Positions 1-9,532 of a stretch of 64,000 bases of DNA are shown here, piece after piece. The position numbers and the translations under genes are program-made. Each line of letters starts with the position of its first letter. The first letter of the stretch is position 1. The notes under the pieces are model-generated. The model searched no databases, was not told where the DNA came from, and saw nothing but the letters and a program-made list of their open reading frames with translations. The stretch comes from a virus. Lineage: Duplodnaviria > Heunggongvirae > Uroviricota > Caudoviricetes. Location of the stretch: IMG/VR virus record IMGVR_UViG_2833096052_000002, positions 102,750 to 166,749 of that record; one strand, given 5' to 3'.

Positions 1-89
1 TGTTGTTCGAGTTCGCAGATTTTGTCTATATCTGCCTTTGTGTAAACATTTGCTTTGAGCATAGAGTTACGCATTTCTTCTATTGTCAT
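1..89 (-). CDS. Hypothetical protein, runs off the window edge
   Basis: ATG at 89 preceded by a GGAGG RBS on the minus strand; frame open to the edge (MTIEEMRNSMLKANVY...). Confidence 0.5.
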   Translation of the reverse strand, partial: MTIEEMRNSMLKANVYTKADIDKICELEQ

Positions 90-104
90 GGCTATTTGCC
101 TCCC

Positions 105-407
105 TTACATGGTTTTTAATTTCTCTTGAAGCTCAGCTATTTGAGCCTGGACTTCTTGCTTTGCCTGTTGCTTCTCTATATAATTACTATCTGGGATGAA
201 TTCCATTATCTCATCAGGCATACATTGAAAATAATCGCAAATACGACAAATAATTTCTAATGTAACATTTTCATTATGCAATAATTTATTTAATGTATTA
301 GAATTTATATTTGCTTGTTCTTTAAAATCTTTTTGTTTTATGTTTTCGCTTTTCAGCTTATTAAAAAGCCTAGTATATTCAATACGCATTTTCTTATATG
401 CCTCCAT
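105..407 (-). CDS. Cro/C1-type HTH transcriptional regulator
   Basis: HTH_26-like pattern IKQKDFKEQANINSNTLNKL...VTLEIICRICDYFQC-PDEIME. Confidence 0.8.
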   Translation of the reverse strand: MEAYKKMRIEYTRLFNKLKSENIKQKDFKEQANINSNTLNKLLHNENVTLEIICRICDYFQCMPDEIMEFIPDSNYIEKQQAKQEVQAQIAELQEKLKTM

Positions 408-482
408 TAGTTATTCACCTCCTATGATAGCATATAATTTCGCTTTTGTAAAAGGGCAAAGTTGTCCCTTGCCCTTGGCAGA

Positions 483-746
483 CTACTCTTTTACATTGAA
501 ATTTTGTAGAGTATACTTTTCCAATGTGCAACACATATAACAGAAAATAGCGTTCTGATACAGTTCGTCATCTTCTGCAATACGTTTCCAGTTTGCACGA
601 GTATCATCTGCATTTGCCTTTAGTCCTCCACCATATTCCTGCCATATAGTATAACGTGAGCCTACGTTCATTTCAGACAGCATTTTATCCATCTGACGTA
701 AAGACTCTATTCTACGGTTTACAGACCATTCATTGATTTTTAGCAT
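483..746 (-). CDS. Hypothetical early protein
   Basis: 87-aa ORF with AGGAGG RBS, co-oriented with neighbours. Confidence 0.65.
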   Translation of the reverse strand: MLKINEWSVNRRIESLRQMDKMLSEMNVGSRYTIWQEYGGGLKANADDTRANWKRIAEDDELYQNAIFCYMCCTLEKYTLQNFNVKE

Positions 747-863
747 GGTAATCCTCCTATTTTGCCTTTATAATTTTACCATACTATCGAACCTCCATTC
801 TAGTGCTAGTATGCACTATGAAAAGGCAGAATTTTAGTGTACTCTGCCTTTCGGTACTGCATA

Positions 864-1382
864 CTAATCTCTAATATTTGACGCAACAACACTTGCATTT
901 CCGTGACCATACCAATGCGCAGTTTCAGTGACCTCATTCCAATGCAAAGGATTATTGATCTGATATGTGTTAATTCGTGAACCCGTTCCCTTTTTATGCA
1001 AAGCATAACTTTTCATCATATTTTGGCAATCATCAAAGGACAGATTCTCCCTTTGAATTTTAGGAATATAGTTCAACTTTTCGCAGACAGATTTTACCCA
1101 CTTATAGCATGGATGATCTGCATTTACTAGGCACAAAGTCCAATGTGTTCCATTGAAAATATTCACAGGTAACTTTCCGTTAGTGAGCCTATAGTCATTG
1201 CATACCCAAAATATACGTTTTCCTTGCTTATCCGTGAAACGTCCATAGATTGAGCCTGGATAGATTGCAAAATTATCTGGAAATTGTGTAACATTTCCCT
1301 TACAAAGTCGAATGTAAAATTTGGGTTTGTGTTTGATTTTTGACATAGTTATACCTCCTAAATTCAGACAGACTTTGAGCAT
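864..1382 (-). CDS. Hypothetical early protein (start may be the MSKIK ATG after GGAGG)
   Basis: 172-aa ORF in the leftward early block. Confidence 0.65.
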   Translation of the reverse strand: MLKVCLNLGGITMSKIKHKPKFYIRLCKGNVTQFPDNFAIYPGSIYGRFTDKQGKRIFWVCNDYRLTNGKLPVNIFNGTHWTLCLVNADHPCYKWVKSVCEKLNYIPKIQRENLSFDDCQNMMKSYALHKKGTGSRINTYQINNPLHWNEVTETAHWYGHGNASVVASNIRD

Positions 1383-1406
1383 GGTTTTTTCATTTTAAAA
1401 GTTAAA

Positions 1407-1458
1407 GGATGAGCAGGGAATCGAACCCTGCACACCTACTATTTGCGCAGTATCATCC
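1407..1458 (-). ncRNA. tRNA-like minihelix (acceptor-like stem plus T-arm)
   Basis: Minus strand GGATGA...CAGGG-TTCGATT-CCCTG-C-TCATCC; no D or anticodon arm; begins at the stop codon of the upstream ORF. Confidence 0.5.
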
Positions 1459-2273
1459 TATTTTGTTTCAGTTTTCTCTTCTGTAGTTTCCGGTTTGATG
1501 ACTTCATGTTTTGACGCATTATCTAATACTACTGCACAAAGAGTTGTAAAAGCTGCAATCTGTACTTTTTTATTGCCTGACTTGTCTGTATAGTTAAAAT
1601 CGGAGAATTTTACAATTTCTACCCCATCCTTCTTAGACTTAGACTGCTCACGTTTAGCAGAACCGCCAAAAGTTGCAAGGAAGTTGCGGAGATCCTTATC
1701 TGTAAAATCGGATTTTTTAGTTTTGATACCATAAAAATGGTCACCTTCAGAACCGATTAACTTGTTGAATACAGGGCGTAAAGCGTCTTTTAAATCCTTC
1801 ATAGAACCCTTGTTATAGTAAGCCTGTACCGCCTTAGAAATATCCACACCGCCTTTTTCAGTGTCGAAAATATCAGCATCAAGCTGTACATTTTTATAGA
1901 TAGCATGAGCCATCAAAGTAATATGTACACGGTCAGTTGGACAAAGTGCGGTCACGTTGTCAATCGGTAAAAGTGTAGCAATTTCATCTTTTAAAGCAAT
2001 AATCTCTTCACGGTCTTTGATGAATTGACCTGCATCGTTACCTAAAGTCTGATTGATAATACTAGCGTCACAAGTCATAACGTCAATATCAGCGTGTGCA
2101 TCCTCTAATGCTTTTTTACCATCCTTGAATGATTTTTTATCCTGCATCCGTGATAATTCAGTGTTACGAACTAAAGTTCTAACGTGTCCTGCAAAGTCGA
2201 AATTTGTGTCCTTTAAAGAGTTAGTTTTTGAGTAGAATTTTTCAGATTTTAACATAATGTCTCCTTCTCTCAT
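1458..2273 (-). CDS. Hypothetical early protein
   Basis: 271-aa ORF with codon usage typical of a highly expressed gene. Confidence 0.75.
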   Translation of the reverse strand: MREGDIMLKSEKFYSKTNSLKDTNFDFAGHVRTLVRNTELSRMQDKKSFKDGKKALEDAHADIDVMTCDASIINQTLGNDAGQFIKDREEIIALKDEIATLLPIDNVTALCPTDRVHITLMAHAIYKNVQLDADIFDTEKGGVDISKAVQAYYNKGSMKDLKDALRPVFNKLIGSEGDHFYGIKTKKSDFTDKDLRNFLATFGGSAKREQSKSKKDGVEIVKFSDFNYTDKSGNKKVQIAAFTTLCAVVLDNASKHEVIKPETTEEKTETK

Positions 2274-2312
2274 TTAACGCATGAGTGCAATATATTTTTA
2301 TTTTTGGTAAAA

Positions 2313-2397
2313 GTCGCAAGCGGATTTGAACCGCTTCTCAAATGTGCTTAATTCACAACCGCTTAAAAAAGCGTAGACTGAGCCTGCTCAATGCGAC
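2313..2397 (-). ncRNA. tRNA-like cloverleaf element, non-canonical
   Basis: GTCGCA/TGCGAC outer stem, TGAGC/GCTCA and CGCTT/AAGCG hairpins, T-arm AGCGG-TTCAAAT-CCGCT. Confidence 0.5.
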
Positions 2398-3165
2398 TGG
2401 ATAATTCAACATTTTTCATGTTTACTTGGTGGCTTATTATTGTAATGTGCGGATGTGCTTATTGTAATAATTTACAATTACACTGTATAGCTTGCGTGTC
2501 CTGCTATACTTATGTCATATTGCCATACTTTTAACGCTTGACATATAAAGCGGTACTGTATTATTTAATCTTATTAGGTTGATACAACCTTTTTAAATGT
2601 GGTATAATAAACCTACTATGTAATTTAATGTTTTTACCACAAAACAAGTGATACACTTGTAAAGATTATTTAATACGTTTATAAGTTGCGGTATAGATTT
2701 TAACAACTATCTAACTAAAATAGATAATAACGTTTATTTTCTACGTGTTTAAATGGTAAATAGTTCGTGCCTCCGAACCTACTACATACTAACTTAAGTA
2801 CTAGTTTTTTGTTACTACATGAGTTTATCAAGGTTTACACCTACAATTCTAATAGGTTCGTTCTACCATTCTACGGGGAACCTATAACCGTTGAGTTCGC
2901 GGTTGTGACTTTATCTCACATAGTTTTCTGACATACATTTTGCACTTGTCGTGTCCGACTTGTGAACCTGCTTCACAATGCCTTGCATGAATGGCTATAT
3001 GAGCCTTTTTATCAATCCTATGCAAGTAGGATTCTTGCTATCATGTAGCAAGTGTTGAAATATTGACTTGTCAATCACTACTGAATGAAGTAGTAATTAG
3101 GTTTCCGACACCCTTAACGTATGAACTTATAAGGGGTTTTGCCCCTTGTCCCTTCGGACAACTGT

Positions 3166-3194
3166 ATAGTAAACCTTTTTAATAACTTTTGCAA
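3166..3194 (-). promoter_or_regulatory. Putative sigmaA promoter driving the leftward block
   Basis: Minus strand TTGCAA-17 nt-TACTAT. Confidence 0.55.
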
Positions 3195-3269
3195 GCCTTT
3201 TTATTAACTTTTTATCATTTTGTTAAAGTTGTATAGTTTTGGTGTGATTTTGGTGTGTGTTATTGTGAA

Positions 3270-3342
3270 TTATTCACAATTTGTGGATAACTATGTGGAT
3301 AAGTTTTATTTGATTGTTGATAACTTATAAAAATGTGGATAA
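3270..3342. promoter_or_regulatory. DnaA-box cluster (origin-like)
   Basis: TTATTCACA 3270-3278; TGTGGATAA at 3282, 3294 and 3334; near match TGTTGATAA at 3315; followed by an AT-rich tract. Confidence 0.75.
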
Positions 3343-3913
3343 CTAACGATAACGAAACTATATCAGATAATAATATAAATACTATATAACATAGTTTTTA
3401 TTACTATATATAATGGTTTTTATGATTCTGAAAACAATGGTTAATATATATCTATTAGTCACTGTTTTTTACCTAACCGGGGGTAGATAAAACTAACTAA
3501 TAGGACTGGAAATGCAGCAAGCTCTATAGCTGATTCATCCACACACCAACTCAAAAATCCATTCTTACCCAATCCTCAAAATCCCAACAAAATCAAGCAA
3601 AATCCCAATTTCCCCATTTCAAACCCTTTATCGTACCCCATATCGTCAAAGCCCACTAAAATCAAGCATTTCAACCACTTCACAACCCCAAAATTAAACT
3701 CTCATCCCATCAAAAATCCACCCACAATTCCAAAATTTTCCCTATTTATAAGCACTTTTACCGATAACAAATTTTTACACAAAAATCGCCCAAATCATCT
3801 CTCACCGCACTTCCCACATAGGGGTACTCAAAAACTACATACAAAATCACTCCAATAAGAGAATAATTATATAACCAATACAAAAAATAATTATTCGACT
3901 TAAAGGAGAAAAC

Positions 3914-4891
3914 ATGAATACATATTTAATACCAACAACAGCAGCTTATTGTTATGAACCTTACGACCATATCTATCTCGTATATGCCAACACCCCATTA
4001 GAAGCATATAGAAAAGCACAAACAGAATTACAAGGCGAATACATACTACAAAAATCACAAAAATATGAATCATACCCATTTGAATTATATAAACCAAATG
4101 ACACTGCTATTTTCCCATTTCCAGAATCTCAAAAATATGATATACTTACAGAAGCGTTTAAGAATACAAAAGGAGCTAAGCATATGGGGCATTTTAATGT
4201 AAACTGGAATGAATATACTGAACCTTTATCTAAAAAAGCAGATAAAGAAATTTGGTCAAATCCGACCTATCCTAATAATGGTATACTAACTAATTATTTA
4301 GTTCATACCTATAAACGTCTTAGAACAGAAAGACAAATTATAAGAAAAGATAATTATGCCTTATTTAATACAGGACTCTTTACAAAATATTATGAATCAA
4401 TATATGCATATTCTGATCAGGAGTATAATGTATCATTTCTTACTGGGCATGAATTAAATCAACATGGAATATCTGAACGTCCACAAAAAGCCAATTATTT
4501 TGAAGATCCTTCTCTTCTATTGTTTGATTGGCATTATCCAATAGACATACATTTCAAGCATATTTTGGAAGATGAAAGGAATAAAGAAAGATTACCAAAA
4601 GGATTTTTAGAAAAAGAAAATAAAATGTGTATCTTAACAGGTGCGGTTGAATTAATGAAACGTAGAGTTTCAGCAAACTATAAATTAGCAATTCCACAAT
4701 GTTATGAAGATAAAATCCAATTATTACTTCCTTTATGTTTAGACACAGACGAAGGAAAACCTGATATAGCTCTTGCAGTCACAAAATTAGATAATTGTTA
4801 TCAAGGATATACATGTTTAACACTTGATATGGCATATAATAATGCTCGTCTCATAGCTAAACCAGAGTCTAGTTGGTTATATTCTAAATAA
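3914..4891 (+). CDS. DUF3825-domain protein
   Basis: C-terminal motif LLLPLCL...DIALAV...YQGYTCLTLDMAYNNARLIAKPESSWL. Confidence 0.7.
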   Translation: MNTYLIPTTAAYCYEPYDHIYLVYANTPLEAYRKAQTELQGEYILQKSQKYESYPFELYKPNDTAIFPFPESQKYDILTEAFKNTKGAKHMGHFNVNWNEYTEPLSKKADKEIWSNPTYPNNGILTNYLVHTYKRLRTERQIIRKDNYALFNTGLFTKYYESIYAYSDQEYNVSFLTGHELNQHGISERPQKANYFEDPSLLLFDWHYPIDIHFKHILEDERNKERLPKGFLEKENKMCILTGAVELMKRRVSANYKLAIPQCYEDKIQLLLPLCLDTDEGKPDIALAVTKLDNCYQGYTCLTLDMAYNNARLIAKPESSWLYSK

Positions 4892-4904
4892 AAATTAATT
4901 ATTT

Positions 4905-4938
4905 AAGGCAGATTGATTACTCAGTCTGTCTTATTTTT
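4905..4938 (+). terminator. Intrinsic terminator
   Basis: AAGGCAGATTG/CAGTCTGTCTT stem followed by a T-rich tail. Confidence 0.6.
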
Positions 4939-5492
4939 ATGCCAAAATATACACCCACACTCTCTAACGCTCATATTAGCCCAAATAAGCCATTCTAATT
5001 TTTAGGTAACAATCTCTCCACGCACTTTCTTTTACATACCTTAAAAGCTAAAATACAAGGTCATATTTTTTAACTTCAAATCTCAAACCATACAATATAA
5101 CTAAATATTTCATTACTAATGCAACGTATTTTATACAAAATGTATAACATTCATTCTCATAATACTCTCTATAAGCTGAAAATCTACTGTCCTGACAGTA
5201 TGTAGAAAATTCTAACCTATTACCCTTACACTTTATTGGTTAAACAATATATTTTTAAATCTACTATTCTAATAAGGAAAAATAACAATGTATGTAATGT
5301 ATGTAATGTATGCATATGTGCGTAAGCACAAGATATAGTCCCTTGATAGGGACGGTCTTTTCGCAGCGTAAGCAAGAAAAGAATATCTTTAGGGTAGATA
5401 ACTGATAACAAGCCAATAAATAAAAATCCAAATAGAGAATATATAATTAACCAATCAATCTCAGCCAATACAAAAACAGAAAGGATCAAAAT

Positions 5493-5882
5493 ATGATAAA
5501 AGAACAAGAAATACCAAAATATCTCAAATCAACAGAAAGTAATATCTCAAAGAGTAACCGCAAATCAAAGCACAAACATCAATACGAAGAATGTCTGCTT
5601 CAATACAGATCCACATTTATAGGAAAAACTCGTCTTAATACAGGTTTATATACCTACTGTACTATTTGTGGAAAAATAAATGAGCGATTCAAAGAGAACA
5701 AATCTATTGTAAAAAATTATATCAGAACAGTAGATACTCCAATAGGCAAATGCTACTCTCATATTTCTGGCGAAGAATTATATGAAAAGTACCATGACAA
5801 ATTACCAGTATTCTTTATAGAGGATATTTACAAAGAGAAGTATGTTAATTTGGAACAGAATAATAATCAAGATGGAGAATAA
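5493..5882 (+). CDS. Hypothetical protein with CxxC
   Basis: 129-aa ORF with RBS. Confidence 0.6.
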   Translation: MIKEQEIPKYLKSTESNISKSNRKSKHKHQYEECLLQYRSTFIGKTRLNTGLYTYCTICGKINERFKENKSIVKNYIRTVDTPIGKCYSHISGEELYEKYHDKLPVFFIEDIYKEKYVNLEQNNNQDGE

Positions 5883-6989
5883 ACTTATAGGCACATCATA
5901 CATGTACCCAAATGAAAATATTAACCAAAACACCACGTACATAAACCAACTAATAACAATCAAGCAAAAGAAAGAAGGAATTATTATAATCGGAGTATAT
6001 TCTATAACAAATTTAAAAACTAATAAATTATATATTGGGGAAAGCTTTGATATTGATAAAAGATGGATTAACCATAAAAATGATCTTTTAAATAATCGAC
6101 ACGCTAATTATTATCTTCAACAAGATTTCAATAAGTTTGGGAAGGCATTTTTTAAATTTAAAGTTCTGCAAGAAGTTGAAAGAGATAGTATCACTATTAC
6201 TCAATCAAAATTATTGATGTTGGAAAATGCTTATATAGAAAAATATAAAAAAGAAAATTATGAATTATATAACATAGAAAATACGTTGAAAGATGTTTTA
6301 TCAAATAAAAGAAAATTATTGTTCTGCGAAGAAATTGCAAATTATGTTGTAGTGTCTCAATTTTTAAAAATAAATATGTATATGATTATACGAATAAAAG
6401 ATTTAACTATTGTCAAAGAGATACAATTGAAAATTTAATATTATCTAATTCTTCAATCAAGGGGAAAGAAAAAGCAAAGCAAGTTGCAAGTATAATATTA
6501 AAAGAATTAATTGATCAGAATCTATATGAAAACTTTATAGTTGAAAACACTTACTCTATTTATCTATATCATAAAATTCAAGAACGCAAAATCATAGAAA
6601 TTAATTCTAAAGGTCGAGAATATATATTAAGTCATTATGACTTTAATTCATTTTTATTAAGAAAAAGAACTTCTGAATCTAAAATTCATATACAACAATA
6701 TCCATTTGAAAATAAAATTAAACCAGAAGATCAAAATAAAATACAGGATGTTTGGCATGGACTTAAAGAGAAACATATTCTGCCACCAGAAAATAAATAT
6801 AATGATTTTCGAGATATGCTTATAAAATTAAATTTAATCATTATTGATAATAATAAGAGAACAAGAGCGACTGAATTTGCAATGAAAAATAAATATTTTC
6901 TAGTTGTTAAGTATAATAAAGCTAAAGACATTTATCAGTATGTTATATCTCATGATGGTCTAAAATACATTTCAGCTAATATACAATAA
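5872..6989 (+). CDS. GIY-YIG endonuclease-domain protein split by a -1 frameshift near 6361-6370; C-terminal part antirepressor(KilA-C)-like
   Basis: GVY..TNLKTNKLYIGES..IDKRW..H motif; zero frame stops at 6438, while the -1 frame is open 6309-6989 with no suitable start of its own. Confidence 0.65.
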
Positions 6990-7227
6990 ACGTTTTTAAT
7001 TTACAGAGTAATTTGTGAAACAAATTGCGCTGTAAATAGTCTGTCTTATTAAATAAGTTATATATCTTCTTTCAGTTCGGCAAAGTGGGTTCCACCCCAT
7101 ACCAATTTCAAAAATAAAACAAACAGGTGGGGGTTCAGACCTACTTTACTGAACGCTCGCAAATTTCTCTTCTACTTAATTTCAAATGGAGAATAAATAA
7201 ATATTACCTATAAAGGAGGAATTTTTA

Positions 7228-8034
7228 TTGCAACAGAAAACAGAATACTTTACTCGTTTTCCAAATAACTATATTCAAGGAAACATTAAAACTAAATATG
7301 GAGTTAGTCGTAAATTCTATATTACTTACATCCTTATTGATAAATATAGATCTTACGAAGACTATAGTTGGATTACTCTTAGAAAAGTTTTAAATTTCTA
7401 CGGATACAAGACACACAAACGCAGACCGAAAGCTGTTCAAGAAATTCTTGATGTACTGGAATATATGATTAACAACAAAATGATTGAAGTTCAACAGGAT
7501 CTTGATACGCTTGGATATGATACTGGAATTGAAATTAAAATCATCCCTGAAAATTTTGATGCTGCTGATAAATTCTCAAAAATCACATCTTCTCAGCTTG
7601 ATTTTATTATGATGAACGAATCTAGTATTAATAAAGAGAATATATTAATGGCTTTTCTTTATATTAATTCGTATATTTTCATTCGTCCAAAAAATAAAGA
7701 TAATGAAGAAACTATGTATAACCCTGAAACTAAACCAGAAGCTTTTTGGCGAAGTATAGAATCTATGTCAAAAGAATTATCTATGTCTAAGGATACAATT
7801 AATCAGTGTATCCAATATCTCACATCTTCTATTGGTGACAAAAAACCTCTTCTTATAAAAAAAGAAGTCGGCAGCGTTCAACCAGATCCAAAAAAACCAC
7901 CACAAAATGTACCAAATATATATGTACTTAATAAAGAAGGATACGAGCAAGAAATTGAATGGGCTATTGCTAAGATGTTGGAAATCTATAATGTAGACTC
8001 ATTTGGAGAAATCAAAAACGGCAATAAGTCGTAA
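7228..8034 (+). CDS. Hypothetical DNA-binding protein (wHTH, possibly replication-initiator-like)
   Basis: 268 aa, TTG start with AAGGAGG RBS; HTH-like segment SIESMSKELSMSKDTINQCIQYL; function inferred. Confidence 0.55.
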   Translation: MQQKTEYFTRFPNNYIQGNIKTKYGVSRKFYITYILIDKYRSYEDYSWITLRKVLNFYGYKTHKRRPKAVQEILDVLEYMINNKMIEVQQDLDTLGYDTGIEIKIIPENFDAADKFSKITSSQLDFIMMNESSINKENILMAFLYINSYIFIRPKNKDNEETMYNPETKPEAFWRSIESMSKELSMSKDTINQCIQYLTSSIGDKKPLLIKKEVGSVQPDPKKPPQNVPNIYVLNKEGYEQEIEWAIAKMLEIYNVDSFGEIKNGNKS

Positions 8035-8131
8035 ATAAAACAGAGAATAAACATATGTAACCAATTAACGCAGCACTTAAAGGAGCTGATTGCGATGAAC
8101 AATAATTTTAAAATAAAAGGAGAACTAATTA

Positions 8132-8332
8132 ATGAACAGAACCGTAACAATTACATCAAAGAACCATAAATATGCAAATACATATGGGGGAAATATTTGT
8201 ATATCAGATTTTTGCACTGATTATGAAGGTAGTCGAAATATTTCAGAACGTATTGAATCTGCCTGGCGATTTGATAGGTCATGTGCAAGAAACAGAGTTG
8301 TATTAGATGATTATAAGGAGAGACAAAAATAA
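8132..8332 (+). CDS. Hypothetical protein
   Basis: RBS; stop overlaps the next start. Confidence 0.55.
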   Translation: MNRTVTITSKNHKYANTYGGNICISDFCTDYEGSRNISERIESAWRFDRSCARNRVVLDDYKERQK

Positions 8333-8634
8333 TGGCAGATATAAATATGAGCGTATCAATTGAGGAGCAGGAAATTTGTATTAATGCAATGCGTGATGAG
8401 AAATTTGCAACAATATATGCTTCCGATTCTACATATATTACGAAATTGGACAAGTTATGTAAGGAAAGCCATGGCATGTACTCTCTCATTGAGGATACTG
8501 GCAGAGGTAAGAAATATTTATTAAAGGATAAAACTCTTATCAGTTTCAGAGCAAAGAAACGTGAACTTACAGATGAGCAAAAGAAACAAGCTGCTGAACG
8601 TATGAGAAAATATCAAGCTAATAAATCTAACTGA
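8332..8634 (+). CDS. Hypothetical protein
   Basis: TAATG coupling, RBS. Confidence 0.7.
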   Translation: MADINMSVSIEEQEICINAMRDEKFATIYASDSTYITKLDKLCKESHGMYSLIEDTGRGKKYLLKDKTLISFRAKKRELTDEQKKQAAERMRKYQANKSN

Positions 8635-8772
8635 GATACCCTTTCTAGCCAGAATTTCTAATGTAGACCATTGTACAGAAAATTCTACCCTTATTCATGG
8701 AGAAATACTCGTCTAAGAATTACATTTTTCAAATTACAATAAACAACAATAAATAGAAAGAAGGATTACATT

Positions 8773-9126
8773 ATGTTAAGAAACTATTACCAGGGAACTA
8801 TGATTACAGTTGAGTTACCAAAGAATCAATATAAAGGTTATGTGGTTGACTGCGTATACAGATATGTCAAGGATATGAACAAGTATGCACTGAGCATGTG
8901 GCTTCGTAATACTGAAGTTGATGACAGAATGCAGATTTGCTCACAGGAAATTAATACTCAATACATTACAAGCACAAGAGAGAATATAAAGAAGGATGTG
9001 TGTGCAATTGTTGAACAAGCTGCCAATAGCTCATATTTTGACAAGTCGATTGAGACTTATGAATATACACAGAAATGTTTTGAGCGTGGTAATGCTGAAT
9101 TTGAGAATGAGGAGAACAGATCATGA
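8773..9126 (+). CDS. Hypothetical protein
   Basis: 117-aa ORF with RBS. Confidence 0.7.
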   Translation: MLRNYYQGTMITVELPKNQYKGYVVDCVYRYVKDMNKYALSMWLRNTEVDDRMQICSQEINTQYITSTRENIKKDVCAIVEQAANSSYFDKSIETYEYTQKCFERGNAEFENEENRS

Positions 9127-9353
9127 GCTGTCCATATTGTAGAGGAATAGGTGAACATGATTACAGATGTCCTCTTTGGCAGCCAAGTAAAAAGGCAAAA
9201 GTTAAATGTGGTTATTGTGATGAGTATATTCTTGAAGGTGACGATTACGTTGAGATTAATGGATGGACTTATCACAAAGACTGCTTAACTGTTAATAGGT
9301 TGCTTGATTTAATGGGAGTTATCACAAAGGAGATGTCATATGAATTGGATTAA
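9123..9353 (+). CDS. Small Zn-finger-like protein
   Basis: CPYC..H..C and CGYC...HKDC motifs, ATGA overlap. Confidence 0.65.
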   Translation: MSCPYCRGIGEHDYRCPLWQPSKKAKVKCGYCDEYILEGDDYVEINGWTYHKDCLTVNRLLDLMGVITKEMSYELD

Positions 9354-9532
9354 AAGAAAGATAAAATGGATTATTTATAAACTTGATGGACTTGTGCCTA
9401 AGATACATAACTTGCCTGACGTTGTGTACATTAAATGGATGGGCGAGGAATTTATAATTAAAAAGTAAATAGAAATTTCATTTGGAGAATATATAAGTGA
9501 AACATAATAAATAAAAGATAAAAGGAGGATTT

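Noticed and set aside
5287-5313. AATGTATGT tandem repeat as a CRISPR or iteron array
   Set aside because: Only about three 9-bp units with no spacers; no CRISPR array or cas gene seen in the window
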